A stretch of 64,000 nucleotides of DNA from Laetmonice hystrix (GCA_965235115.1 OZ249452.1:1984001-2048000), one strand, 5' to 3'. Positions 25,154-37,996 are shown, counted from the first letter of the stretch. Numbers and translations: made by a program. The notes: generated by a model from the letters alone, not told the origin.

Positions 25154-28100
25154 CAGCTTACAGTGGTGAATTACTCGATGCCGGGTGTTGGTACCGGGGG
25201 CCGGCTGGGCTAGTCGACCACAGACCGTATACCAGCTTACAGTGGTGAATTACTCGATGCCTGGTGTTGGTACCGGGGGCCGGCTGGGCTAGTCGACCAC
25301 AGACCGTATACCAGCTTACAGTGGTGAATGATGCCGGGTGTTGGTACCGGGGGCCGGCTGGGCTAGTCGACCACAGACCGTATACCAGCTTACAGTGGTG
25401 AATTACTCGATGCCGGGTGTTGGTACCGGGGGCCGGCTGGGCTAGTCGACCACAGACCGTATACCAGCTTACAGTGGTGAATTACTCGATGCCGGGTGTT
25501 GGTACCGGGGGCCGGCTGGGCTAGTCGACCACAGACCGTATACCAGCTTACAGTGGTGAATTACTCGATGCCGGGTGTTGGTACCGGGGGCCGGCTGGGC
25601 TAGTCGACCACAGACCGTATACCAGCTTACAGTGGTGAATGATGCCGGGTGTGGGTACCGGGGGCCGGCTGGGCTAGTCGACCACAGACCGTATACCAGC
25701 TTACAGTGGTGAATTACTCGATGCCGGGTGTTGGTACCGGGGGCCGGCTGGGCTAGTCGACCACAGACCGTATACCAGCTTACAGTGGTGAATTACTCGG
25801 TGCCGGGTGTTGGTACCGGGGGCCGGCTGGGCTAGTCGACCACAGACCGTATACCAGCTTACAGTGGTGAATGATGCCGGGTGTTGGTACCGGAGGCCGG
25901 CTGGGCTAGTCGACCACAGACCGTATACCAGCTTACAGTGGTGAATTACTCGATGCCGGGTGTTGGGTACAGTACCGGGGGCCGGCTGGGCTAGTCGTCC
26001 ACAGACTGTATACCAGCTTACAGTGGTGAATTACTCGATGCCGGGTGTTGGTACCGGGGCCCGGCTGGGCTAGTCGACCACAGACCGTATACCAGCTTAC
26101 AGTGGTGAATTACTCGATGCCGGGTGTTGGTACCGGGGGCCGGCTGGGCTAGTCGACCACAGACCGTATACCAGCTTACAGTGGTGAATGATGCCGGGTG
26201 TTGGTACCGGGGGCCGGCTGGGCTAGTCGACCACAGACCGTATACCAGCTTACAGTGGTGAATTACTCGATGCCGGGTGTTGGTACCGGGGCCCGGCTGG
26301 GCTAGTCGACCACAGACCGTATACCAGCTTACAGTGGTGAATTACTCGATGCCGGGTGTTGGTACCGGGGGCCGGCTGGGCTAGTCGACCACAGACCGTA
26401 TACCAGCTTACAGTGGTGAATTATTCGGTGCCGGGTATTGGTACCGGGGGCCGGCTGGGCTAGTCGACCACAGACCGTATACCAGCTTACAGTGGTGAAT
26501 GATGCCGGGTGTTGGTACCGGAGGCCGGCTGGGCTAGTCGACCACAGACCGTATACCAGCTTACAGTGGTGAATTACTCGATGCCGGGTGTTGGGTACAG
26601 TACCGGGGGCCGGCTGGGCTAGTCGTCCACAGACCGTATACCAGCTTACAGTGGTGAATTACTCGATGCCGGGTGTTGGTACCGGGGCCCGGCTGGGCTA
26701 GTCGACCACAGACCGTATACCAGCTTACAGTGGTGAATTACTCGATGCCGGGTGTTGGTACCGGGGGCCGGCTGGGCTAGTCGACCACAGACCGTATACC
26801 AGCTTACAGTGGTGAATGATGCCGGGTGTTGGTACCGGGGGCCGGCTGGGCTAGTCGACCACAGACCGTATACCAGCTTACAGTGGTGAATTACTCGATG
26901 CCGGGTGTTGGTACCGGGGCCCGGCTGGGCTAGTCGACCACAGACCGTATACCAGCTTACAGTGGTGAATTACTCGATGCCGGGTGTTGGTACCGGGGCC
27001 CGGCTGGGCTAGTCGACCACAGACCGTATACCAGCTTACAGTGGTGAATTACTCGATGCCGGGTGTTGGTACCGGGGGCCGGCTGGGCTAGTCGACCACA
27101 GACCGTATACCAGCTTACAGTGGTGAATTACTCGATGCCGGGTGTTGGTACCGGGGGCCGGCTGGGCTAGTCGACCACAGACCGTGTACCAGCTTACAGT
27201 GGTGAATTACTCGATGCCGGGTGTTGGTACCGGGGGCCGGCTGGGCTGGTCGACCACAGACCGTATACCAGCTTACAGTGGTGAATGATGCCGGGTGTTG
27301 GTACCGGGGGCCGGCTGGGCTAGTCGACCACAGACCGTATACCAGCTTACAGTGGTGAATTACTCGATGCCGGGTGTTGGTACCGGGGGCCGGCTGGGCT
27401 AGTCGACCACAGACCGTATACCAGCTTACAGTGGTGAATTACTCGATGCCGGGTGTTGGTACCGGGGCCCGGCTGGGCTAGTCGACCACAGACCGTATAC
27501 CAGCTTACAGTGGTGACTTACTCGATGCCGGGTGTTGGTACCGGGGCCCGGCTGGGCTAGTCGACCACAGACCGTATACCAGCTTACAGTGGTGAATTAC
27601 TCGATGCCGGGTGTTGGTACCGGGGGCCGGCTGGGCTAGTCGACCACAGACCGTATACCAGCTTACAGTGGTGAATGATGCCGGGTGTTGGTACCGGGGG
27701 CCGGCTGGGCTAGTCGACCACAGACCGTATACCAGCTTACAGTGGTGAATTACTCGATGCCGGGTGTTGGTACCGGGGGCCGGCTGGGCTAGTCGACCAC
27801 AGACCGTATACCAGCTTACAGTGGTGAATTACTCGATGCCGGGTGTTGGTACCGGGGCCCGGCTGGGCTAGTCGACCACAGACCGTATACCAGCTTACAG
27901 TGGTGAATTACTCGATGCCGGGTGTTGGTACCGGGGGCCGGCTGGGCTAGTCGACCACAGACCGTATACCAGCTTACAGTGGTGAATGATGCCGGGTGTT
28001 GGTACCGGGAGCCGGCTGGGCTAGTCGACCACAGACCGTATACCAGCTTACAGTGGTGAATGATGCCGGGTGTTGGTACCGGGGGCCGGCTGGGCTAGTC

Positions 28101-28668
28101 GACCACAGACTGTATACCAGCTTACAGTGGTGAATGATGCCGGGTGTTGGTACCGGGGGCCGGCTGGGCTAGTCGACCACAGACTGTATACCAGCTTACA
28201 GTGGTGAATGATGCCGGGTGTTGGTACCGGGGGCCGGCTGGGCTAGTCGACCACAGACCGTATACCAGCTTACAGTGGTGAATTACTCGATGCCGGGTGT
28301 TGGTACCGGGGCCCGGCTGGGCTAGTCGACCACAGACCGTATACCAGCTTACAGTGGTGAATTACTCGATGCCGGGTGTTGGTACCGGGGGCCGGCTGGG
28401 CTAGTCGACCACAGACCGTATACCAGCTTACAGTGGTGAATTACTCGATGCCGGGTGTTGGGTACAGTACCGGGCCGGCTGGGCTAGTCGACCACAGACC
28501 GTATACCAGCTTACAGTGGTGAATTACTCGATGCCGGGTGTTGGTACCGGGGGCCGGCTGGGCTAGTCGACCACAGACCGTATACCAGCTTACAGTGGTG
28601 AATTACTCGATGCCGGGTGTTGGTACCGGGGCCCGGCTGGGCTAGTCGACCACAGACCGTATACCAGC
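25154..28668. repeat. Largest array: 79-bp unit (74- and 85-bp variants), about 45 copies, 3.5 kb
   Basis: Unit CAGCTTACAGTGGTGAATTACTCGATGCCGGGTGTTGGTACCGGGGGCCGGCTGGGCTAGTCGACCACAGACCGTATAC. Confidence 0.98.
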
Positions 28669-31277
28669 CTCTCATTCAATGTACACGCCTCCAGTATCAA
28701 AACCTTCAGACTTCGCAAATTTACAATTTTGATAAAATAAAAAAGGGGGGGGGATCTTAAGAAAATGACACTTTCTAACCACCATAATCTATATAGTCGG
28801 AATGCCTTTCCTGCATTGGTGAGAATGGCAGGCTCTGTAAAGGCAGGTGTTAATGTTTTGTGGTATAGAGCCAGGGTTTACATGGACAGGTGGTGAGGGG
28901 TAGGGTGAGAAGTCTCGGAGATGAAGGACGACAACCCGTCATTACAACTTCTACCTTCTCTCTCAGAGAACAGAAAATGTCGCAACCCAATCTCCCCCGC
29001 CAGATTTCTTAAAGGCGCTGTGTGCCATGGCGGCAGTCGGATATTGATGGGAGCCTGGTTATTACGACATTTTAATGTTTGGTTCCCATACTAGGATGAT
29101 TAACCCTGTGACGACCAAAAGGTATCTACATGGTTCACACCCACCACAAACCACACACTGAATACTCAATCTACACACGACCTATATCATTTTTGCGGAT
29201 TTCCCCTATTTAAAAAAACGGTTAGTCTTGCACAAAAGTAGTAGGAGTAGGCCTATTTGAGAAAGACGGGAATTTTTGCAACAGGGGATGAAGAATGGGT
29301 AAGTGTCGGGGTCTCTGTATCGTGACTCAGAGTTTCTGTACAACAGCCGCTTGCGGGCACTAGGGTCATTAACATAAACTTCGTCTAAATGGTTATCAGC
29401 AGCTCGGTGAACAAAAGACGGTCCGTAGGCTTCAGTTCTGGCTGGGTGTAAATTTGGCGGTTATATTTGAAAGTTGTTCGCTCTCGTTTCGTCTTTACTT
29501 TCTGTAAAAGATAACGAAAGATGACTGGCATGTGTTTATCAAGGCGATTTTTTCGAGGACGTTCGTAAAAACACTGGTCAATATTGCAAACTATATAAGT
29601 AGGCTCAGGTATGTCTAGGCTACATGAAATGTCATATGTTTTGCATATGATTTTGTATTATTTCTTAAATATAGCACCATGAGCATCAGCGGGGGCTAAC
29701 ATTTTTGTTACCCGAAGAATCCATTATGTTTCGGATATACTTACATATGTATAAAGATAACACATGCACACCCTTACAGACACATGCCGACAAACAAATA
29801 AACAGATGACTGAAGACGACAGACAACATGTAAATAGCTGTCGGTATGCGGCCATCTTTACATCCAGCTTCATTCCCTCACATTCACGCAATCGTCATGC
29901 GGGAAACCTTTCCTAAAATCGCAGCGTGTGCGTAGAAAATGCGCACTCAAAGTTCGGGGCACGTACCAAGTAACCACGCCATTAACTTGGCGGGAAAATG
30001 CTGTGAACCCCTGTGGCACGTAAACATATTAATGTGCATTAAGTTATTATATAAATAAAATGAAGATGATATTGGCAACTTGAGTCTATTGGATTTGGTA
30101 GAATACACGAGTAGATTAGGATTGATAGATAGCGCTAAGGCTGAGGCTAATTCCATTAGGGTTCCACTAATCGGATCTTTTAGGGCTGGCGGGTTGGCGG
30201 CCTCAGATCCGCTGTTTGTGTCATTGACATCGACGATCACAGCCGAAAGCCAGTTGCCACAGACGTGCGCAAAGTAGCCTTGATGCCGGCAGGTCGGGTC
30301 AATGGTTGCCCTCTCACAAATCCCACAGTTAACTCTTAGCAACCTACTCCTCGAGCTTTGCCTCCGTTCATACGTGCAGTGAGTTAAGTAAAATATGTCT
30401 CGACGTGCATCTCCATTTCGAAATTGAGAGCGCCGTTTTAGAGGAAGCTTGGTTTATTTGGGACGAGCCGCGTCTATAGAGCGTCTATAGCAGACGACAT
30501 TTTGTAGTGGACTGGGTGTGGCCCCTCAGTCCCCGCCTGGCTGCCGTCACACAGGGTTAACCTCGCCTAGACTTGCGGATGTATTAGTCATTTAGACAAT
30601 TGGCCGATCATCCAATAATTGAACGGCAAATTATCTGCAATCATTGGCCTCGGCTTTCAGCGACATCAAGCCTTTTACAAAGAAACACTTCTACGGGATC
30701 CCGTCGAATAATTTCTGTTATTACAGAGTGTAACGTTTCTTAAAGCTTTCATATCCCCAGTGCAATTCCACCTCATTTAGCGTGTGCGTTCTAGTCTGCC
30801 TGGTTGGCCATGCCCTCACTAACGGAAAGTGAAGTTTGTCGCTGGCGCACGCGCACTGGCCGACTGATGAATGAGTGAGCGGCCTTTATTAAGTGCAGGT
30901 CTCCTGTGGACGCGGTGCGAGCTGGGTAATTTAGGACTTGAAGACAACAGGCGCTGCCTCCTTGTATAGCGCCCCTAGTGGCAGCCAGGATAACTAGAGA
31001 AAGGTGACTAGACCACAGTATAACCAGAGTAGAATGTAATGTATGTGTGAGACAGCAGCTCCTTTCAACCAAGGTCGTCGATATATACCGAGATAATGTT
31101 CCTCGATTCGCCAACCTCTTTGGAATAATTCCGAACAAATGTCGCCCTGTCTAGAACTATACTTGAATGAATCAATACTTTAGGACCCAGTCTTCAGAGA
31201 TTTCACAAACAGTAAATTCATTGCCATGTCGTGCGGCTGGGCGTTGTTATTGGTGGTCGAGTGATAGTAGTATACTA

Positions 31278-31492
31278 GAAAGTGAGGTTTGACTCAGGCA
31301 ATAACTCGGAAAGTGAGGTTTGACTCGGGCAATAACTCGGAAAGTGAGGTTTGACTCAGGCAATAACTCGGAAAGTGAGGTTTGACTCAGGCAATAACTC
31401 GGAAAGTGAGGTTTGACTCAGGCAATATCTCGGAAAGTGAGGTTTGACTCGGGCAATAACTCGGAAAGTGAGGTTTGACTCGGGCAATAACT
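31278..31492. repeat. Minisatellite, 31-bp unit, 7 copies
   Basis: Unit ACTCGGAAAGTGAGGTTTGACTC(A/G)GGCAATA. Confidence 0.96.
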
Positions 31493-31845
31493 GAGCCAGA
31501 CTACACGTACTATAAATGCCCCCTCCCCCGGTCCAAGTTCAGCGAGAATTATTCCATTCATCTCGAGGCTAGCAGTATGTTTGTTTTCGTGATCCCATTA
31601 GTATTTATGTCTGAGCTCCCAGGGCGGGAGGTGTGGGGGTCCCTGACCACCATCCGGACCGAGTGGTCAGCAGAGTGGTCAGCGGCCGAGGTCGTGGTCA
31701 CTCGCCCCCGCCACGAACTAATCAACCTTCAATCCTGTGTTGGATCCCTAGAGACGGCGAACAGCTCCGAGACAGAGAGTTTAATTAGAGACCAGGCATG
31801 CTAACACACGGACACGTTAGGGGTGGGGAGCATGGGGTGGGGGTG

Positions 31846-32240
31846 GGTGGGAGTCGGCGAGAGTCGGTGGGAGTCGGTGGAGGTCGGTGGCAGTCAGTGG
31901 GAGTCGGTGGAGGTCAGTGGGAGTCGGTGGGGGTCGGTGGGAGTCGGTGGAGGTCGGTGGGAGTCGGTGGGAGTCGGTGGGGGTCGGTGGGAGTCGGTGG
32001 AGGTCAGTGGGAGTCGGTGGGGGTCGTTGGAGGTCAGTGGGAGTCGGTGGGGGTCGGTGGGAGTCGGTGGAGGTCGGTGGAAGTCGGTGGGAGTCGGTGG
32101 AGGTCGGTGGGAGTCGGTGGGAGTCGGTGGGGGTCGGTGGAAGTCCGTGGGAATCGGTGAGAGTCGGTTGAAGTCGGTGGGAGTCGGTGGAGGTCAGTGG
32201 GAGTCGGTGGAAGTCGGTGGAGGTCGGTAGGGGTCGGTGG
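31846..32240. repeat. G-rich 10-bp repeat, about 39 copies
   Basis: GTCGGTGGGA / GTCGGTGGAG / GTCGGTGGGG variants. Confidence 0.95.
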
Positions 32241-32347
32241 CGATCCGCGGCCACGGTCGGTAAGGTTGTCCACCAATACGTCGACTCAACTTCACAAACT
32301 CCAACGTTTGCTCTTCTACAAAATGTACAGAAACTATATGAAACTAT

Positions 32348-32906
32348 TGTACTATAACTGACTGAATTACCTTTTAGTGCAGCAACTTGTACTATAACTG
32401 ACTGAATTACCTTTTAGTGCAGCAGCATGTACTATAACTGACTGAATTACCTTTTAGTGCAGCAACTTGTACTATAACTGACTGAATTACCTTTTAGTGC
32501 AGCAACTTGTACTATAACTGACTGAATTACCTTTTAGTGCAGCAGCTTGTACTATAACTGACTGAATTACCTTTTAGTGCAGCAACTTGTACTATAACTG
32601 ACTGAATTACCTTTTAGTGCAGCAGCTTGTACTATAACTGACTGAATTACCTTTTAGTGCAGCAACTTGTACTATAACTGACTGAATTACCTTTTAGTGC
32701 AGCAACTTGTACTGACTGAATTACCTTTTAGTGCAGCAACTTGTACTATAACTGACTGAATTACCTTTTAGTGCAGCAGCATGTACTATAACTGACTGAA
32801 TTACCTTTTAGTGCAGCAACTTGTACTATAACTGACTGAATTACCTTTTAGTGCAGCAACTTGTACTATAACTGACTGATTTACTTTTTAGTGCAGCAGC
32901 ATGTAC
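32348..32906. repeat. Minisatellite, 40-bp unit, 14 copies
   Basis: Unit TGTACTATAACTGACTGAATTACCTTTTAGTGCAGCAACT; one copy has a deletion near 32710. Confidence 0.97.
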
Positions 32907-33888
32907 TTGAAAAAAGTTTCGAGAACGAGGTATGGGTCAAGAAACAATTAGATAAAATGCTTACGAGAAATGCTTATGTTTGAAAAATATGTTTCCTCAA
33001 AAAGTATATCATTCGTTCGATAAATAATATATTATGATTAATCTCAACGTCATGTTGAGATATCTGTATTTAATTAGGTCGCTGTTAGTGGGGGTTTCAA
33101 AACGTTACGAGCTCATATCGAAAACATGGAAGGTATGTCATCAAAAACAAAGAACAACAGATTGAGGTTGACAAGAACATGTTATATTATAGTAATAATA
33201 TCTGTAGACTTTTCACAATAGCAATTATGATATGACGTTATCTTAATACAAATTATACATTATACACGCCACCGTTTCAACGGCATTTTTCACATTCTCC
33301 TTTTTTGTGTACACCGATTGCGCAGCACAATATCAGTATAGTTGGATCGGATTGCTGTAAAATTAGGAACAGTTCTCCTCCGATCAGAGAATGCTTCACA
33401 GATATGACTGAGTAAAGTTTCCACGCATTCATCAATCGCATCAATAACTGAGGTAAAGGGGAAAAGATCCAGTCGTGGACTTTTTCTTAAAACGAGCAAA
33501 CATGCGGATATTCAATACTACTTCATAACGCTACGTTATAACGTTACGTCATGAGTCGACGCAGCTGTAAGTTAAAATAGACAGAACAGCATTCGGCGTT
33601 TTGAGACTGATAATGTGACGTCATCACACCATCAACTTCCGGCCACACTGGCAAAGGTCACATCCATTTGCAGTTATTTGACGAGATTCCACAGGGCGTC
33701 AACATTGTTCATGCATTTGTTTGTTGTGACTTAGAGTGTCCAATTATATTTTTCATGCGCAATATTTTCCCAAATATTAACACACATTTTCTAAATGAAG
33801 TATCTGTTCTAGTTGAGGCGGATTGTTGGAAGTCGCAGAAGGCTGAAATCATAGACTACAGCTCCCGTTTGTCTGCAACTGGTTATTC

Positions 33889-33894
33889 TTTATT
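33889..33894 (-). promoter_or_regulatory. First candidate polyadenylation signal (AATAAA) downstream of the Sp6-9 stop
   Basis: TTTATT on the plus strand about 275 nt past the stop codon; motif only, no transcript evidence. Confidence 0.3.
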
Positions 33895-34167
33895 CGATGA
33901 GCTGTCCTGACAATGAGGATCGCAAGTTTGCAAAATACGACGTGACTTCACGGCTACGCCCCTCGAGATGTTTGGCTGCGTTACTTACAATTCTATAAAT
34001 AATTCACGCCAAATCGTCTGCTTCTACGTGACGTCACCAACTTGGCGACCCTCATCATCCCGACCGAAAACACATGGCATGGGTCATTCGTCAAAGGTGT
34101 TGTTTTTGTGTTTTGAGATTTCTTTTTACATCAATAGATTAAATTTGATCTAGAGTTTGTACAAAGA

Positions 34168-35493
34168 TTATTCTTTGCCGTCCTTCATCACCTTGCCGAT
34201 ATGCGACAAGGGTGACGTAGGACTCAGCTGCACATCCGGGGAGTTGGGTGTTCCACTCTGACTGTTCTCCGAGTCGGAACAGGAGCTGCCGCCTTCCTTC
34301 TTCTCGCCGTTGGCACTGTGCGTCTTGACGTGTTTCGAGAGGTGATCGCTGCGCATGAAGCGTTTGTTACACACGGGACACGCAAAGCGTTTCTCGCCCG
34401 TGTGTGTTCGTAGGTGGCGCTGAAGTTCGTCGGACCTTGTAAACCGCTTGCCACAGAATAACCAATTACAGACGAACGGGCGCTCGCCTGTGTGCCAGCG
34501 TAGATGCGCCTTAAGATGGGATGTCTTGCCATAGACCTTGCCACAGCCGGGGATGTGGCAACTATGGACATTGCGCTTCCGTAGATGTGCTCCAGCTGGC
34601 CCGAGTCGGTCTGCCTCCTGACAGTTCGGACAGTCGCAAGTCGCCCTTCCTGTGTAACGACGTTGCGATCGCGGACTTGGCATTGACGGCATACCCGGGC
34701 GAGGGATTCCAAACGGTGACGTCACAGACGCCCCAAAGTCATTCTGCCCCGGCAACATACTTTTATATGTGTCCTGAAGTAAATGCTGTCCTGCAGAAAG
34801 ATATGACGTAGGGTTCGACCCTGTCAGCGCGCCTAACGTATAATCAGCCGTATTGTAGTTGGCTTGTAGTTGAGAGTGTAGCCCCGCGCTGGCCGCGGCA
34901 CTGGGCGAAATGTCCGACAACCAGTTACTGGTAGCAGTGTGCATGTCCCACCATGACGAGGCACTGTTGACGTTACTCGTCACTTCCGGTTTAATAGACG
35001 CGCCCGGATGTGACGCAGCGCTCGGTGCCATGTTGAATGGCCACGACTCGTACGGGTGCCCAGTCATACCAGGAACTCGTGAATACATACTGTTCATAGT
35101 GGACATACTAGCTGAGAGAGACGTGTTGCCGCTTTGAAGTTCGCCGTGAACTTTTTGAAGCAGTGATTGTTGGTTGCTCTCAGATTGACTGGTAGTTGTT
35201 GGCGAGTACAAGAACTCGCTAGGATATGATACTGAGCAGGATGACGATACAGCAGTTCTCGGGTATGCACTCAGCGCTGAGTTGTTCATACTGCTATGGT
35301 TGAGAGAAGAAACCCTTTGGGTTGTCAGGGATAACGGGGCGTGGACGGACGATGGGGTGGGGCTCGGTTTCTTCCAGGGGTGAAACCCTTTACCCACAGC
35401 TGCGTCTGCGAGGGGTGGTGGACTCTTGGATGAGATCTTGTTGCACTGCGCTGCCAACATGGCCAGGGGGGTTCCGCCGAAATGCGGGTGCTC
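34168..35493 (-). CDS. Sp6-9: Sp6-9 (Sp8/Sp9 / D-Sp1 orthologue) C2H2 zinc-finger transcription factor, main coding exon (441 aa plus stop)
   Basis: Sp box [13 protein letters not shown] (35472..35434), then [20 protein letters not shown], Btd box [11 protein letters not shown] (CDCPNC at 34638..34621) and three fingers [25 protein letters not shown] / [25 protein letters not shown] / [23 protein letters not shown] (34560..34318), matching the Sp8/9 subfamily as I know it. The exon begins after the acceptor TTTTTCTCATGCTGTGTTACAG|GAG (phase 0). The first 25 aa of the track ORF are translated intronic repeat. Stop TAA at 34170..34168. Confidence 0.97.
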   Translation of the reverse strand, partial: EHPHFGGTPLAMLAAQCNKISSKSPPPLADAAVGKGFHPWKKPSPTPSSVHAPLSLTTQRVSSLNHSSMNNSALSAYPRTAVSSSCSVSYPSEFLYSPTTTSQSESNQQSLLQKVHGELQSGNTSLSASMSTMNSMYSRVPGMTGHPYESWPFNMAPSAASHPGASIKPEVTSNVNSASSWWDMHTATSNWLSDISPSAAASAGLHSQLQANYNTADYTLGALTGSNPTSYLSAGQHLLQDTYKSMLPGQNDFGASVTSPFGIPRPGMPSMPSPRSQRRYTGRATCDCPNCQEADRLGPAGAHLRKRNVHSCHIPGCGKVYGKTSHLKAHLRWHTGERPFVCNWLFCGKRFTRSDELQRHLRTHTGEKRFACPVCNKRFMRSDHLSKHVKTHSANGEKKEGGSSCSDSENSQSGTPNSPDVQLSPTSPLSHIGKVMKDGKE

Positions 35494-35511
35494 CTGTAAC
35501 ACAGCATGAGA

Positions 35512-35670
35512 AAAACAATAAGTATCACTTTTATACAAAACAATAAGTATCACTTTTATACAAAACAATAAGTATCACTTTTATACAAAACAATAAGTAT
35601 CACTTTTATACAAAACAATAAGTATCACTTTCATACAAAACAATAAGTATCACTTTCATACAAAACAATA
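35512..35670. repeat. Intronic minisatellite, 25-bp unit, about 6 copies, 18 nt from the Sp6-9 splice acceptor
   Basis: Unit AAAACAATAAGTATCACTTTTATAC. Confidence 0.96.
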
Positions 35671-35939
35671 GGATAATCCAAATTATTATCACAAAGCATA
35701 CATTGTATGAACTGAGATATCGATCAAATAATACTTCACTTATTGCGATTTACCTACGACTTTATCTTCTTAGCTCTGAGAAATTAAAATGATTTGAATA
35801 TGCAATGTGTTCAGAAGGACCTATATTTAAGGAAGATAAAGGATAGGATTGACATGCACATGACTGCACTGCGCACACGATATCAAAAGTCTGTCCAAAA
35901 TCAACTGTGAAAATCCTCTTGAAGAAAATATTGATCACT

Positions 35940-36060
35940 TCTAATTACATCAAAGAAACCGCGCGCTCTTCTTTTTCCCCCCACAGCGTCGATAACGGAG
36001 CACAGCGCAAATTATGGCCGATAAAAGTCAACTAAAATTCAGCTCAATAAATGAAACCTT
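35940..36060. promoter_or_regulatory. Candidate intronic/upstream enhancer of Sp6-9
   Basis: Unique sequence with TAATTA, ATCAAAG (TCF-type), TTATGG, GATAAAA and CAATAAA (Hox/Cdx-type) within 120 bp; motif inference only. Confidence 0.25.
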
Positions 36061-37429
36061 TTGTAATCCACTCCAGCGATTTTCTCCGTTTGTGGCAATT
36101 GAGCTGGACATTCAACAATTAAACATGATCCACGTTAACTTCACAATAGATTTCACACTCATCGCGAACATCGTTCGATGTTAGCGCCGCTAGCGGTGCA
36201 AGGTTGTCATTAACGACTGCGGTATAAGAAAATATAATTACTGGCTCGTTATCTATCAAAGTTAACGATGATCTTCGTTAAGTATCTCCTATAATAAAAA
36301 GACAACCTGACGCTGGACAATCGATAACATTCTGTCCGGTCTGAACGATTCAACATAAGTAGTTTCATCTTCAGTATTATTACCTTTCGATTACAAAATG
36401 TTCGAGCCTCCAGCAAACCCAACTCGTTGTCATTACCCACTTTAGATGAAGACGATTCCAAACACTAAATCACCACCATCAAACGAAAACGTTGTGATGC
36501 AGTCATTAAAACTACACCGATCGTATCCCGTCAAATAGAGCGCGGGTACAATTAAAATATTATACGCTCAACAACATTTGTATACGCCGCCAGGTTAATA
36601 CTATCAAACGATGCTTCCTGCGTGTGTCTGTGTGTGTGTGGGTGTGGAGATATCGTCTCTGACAGGGGCGGATGTCTGTTAAAATGTTTGTGAAGATTAC
36701 ATCTGTGATGTATATCACTTCATCCTGCCTGTAATCCGCTTGAAGTTGGCGATATCATGTTTGATATCAGATCATCACATGACGATAATCCAACAATCAC
36801 CATGTCCAATCAACAGTCGTCTTACATACACCTGTGGTCAGTACAAGTGTATCATTCAACACCCGCCATGATTGGGCCGCCCACCTTTGCCGTTTTTTAC
36901 ACACTACACAAAGAAGTCTAAACGCTACACAAATGTGTGTTTGAAGAAAAGCTTAACTCCACCTTATAGATTACGCGCATAACCTCGAACGTCAGATAAT
37001 ATCAATGTTCAGGTTCGACTTGAATTAAAGGCACTTGTACAATCAGAGAAAACATGAACAAAATAAACAAAACGTTAAAACATATGTAAACCTCCTAAGT
37101 CAATCGGACATCATGTCAAAGATGTGACCAATATGTCGTAGACTCATCTCTAGAAACTCGTCACCGTACCTGTGTGGCTGTTGGCGGTTTAGTTTCCTAA
37201 AACCAGCCCGTTCCTCATCCGATATTTAAAACAGACATCATTATATAAGTGTTAATCCTGATAACTTTTCTCCCCTGACGGTTAGGATTGTTTCTCCTCA
37301 GGTTCTGCGCTCAGTCCGTGTATCCGTGAGTGAGGGATGGGCGGGCAGTGGATCCCGGCAGGCGGTGTGGTCCGGGGACGAGCGGAGGCCGGTACCGGGG
37401 CCGGGCGGGCTGAGGCCGGGCGATCGGAG

Positions 37430-37495
37430 ACCGGGTGGCCGGGTGGCCGGGTGGCCGGGCAGTGGTGGCCGAGTGGCCGGGCAGTGGTGGCCGGG
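37430..37495. repeat. Degenerate GGTGGCCG(G) repeat in a GC-rich patch
   Basis: CCGGGTGGCCGGGTGGCCGGGTGGCCGGGCAGTGGTGGCC... Confidence 0.8.
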
Positions 37496-37793
37496 TAGCG
37501 GAGACCGGTGTAATCCAAGTCGTAGATCAAGTCCTCTCCTGCTCGGTGTCGCTCGCCCGTCGTCAACAACTCGAATGGCGAGCGCCGGGTGCGAGATGAG
37601 GGTGGGGGGTGGGGGTGGGGGTACGGGAGGCTGGGAGGGGGTGGAGATGGCCAGCACGCCCAGCGGCTGGACCAAGGTTGGTTGTATCAATGGGGCGGGT
37701 GGTGGGAGGGAAGGGGTGTGGAGGGGAGGGTTGTGGGGGAGGGTGGGCACGGTAAGCAGCGTCCAGTCACCCGTTGACTGTTGTTTCGTACCT

Positions 37794-37996
37794 GGTCTGT
37801 GACTGGTGGTGAAAGTGATCCCGTATTCCTGTCTGTGACTGGTGGTGAAAGTGATCCCGTATTCCTGTAAACCGGTCTGTGACTGGTGGTGAAAGTGATC
37901 CCGTATTCCTGTATACAGGTCTGTGACTGGTGGTGAAAGTGATCCCGTATTCCTGTCTGTGACTGGTGGTGAAAGTGATCCCGTATTCCTGTATAC
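37794..37996. repeat. Minisatellite, 36/45-bp units, 5 copies
   Basis: Core CTGTGACTGGTGGTGAAAGTGATCCCGTATTCCTGT with an optional 9-bp addition. Confidence 0.95.

Noticed and set aside
25154-28668. Many 6-bp palindromes in repeat units as a designed feature
   Set aside because: Roughly one per 64 bp is expected by chance, and the excess in individual units is too small to support a claim.
33290-33499. FPFTSVIDAIDE resembling a Harbinger/ISL2EU transposase motif
   Set aside because: The resemblance is superficial, with no further DDE motifs or TIRs. A profile search would be needed to revive it.
34224-35546. Alternative-frame and antisense ORFs overlapping the Sp6-9 exon
   Set aside because: They are shadows of a GC-rich coding exon with no independent features.
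35494-35568. ORF-track N-terminus [25 protein letters not shown]
   Set aside because: It is the translated 25-bp intronic repeat and ends at a canonical TTACAG acceptor just before the conserved protein begins.
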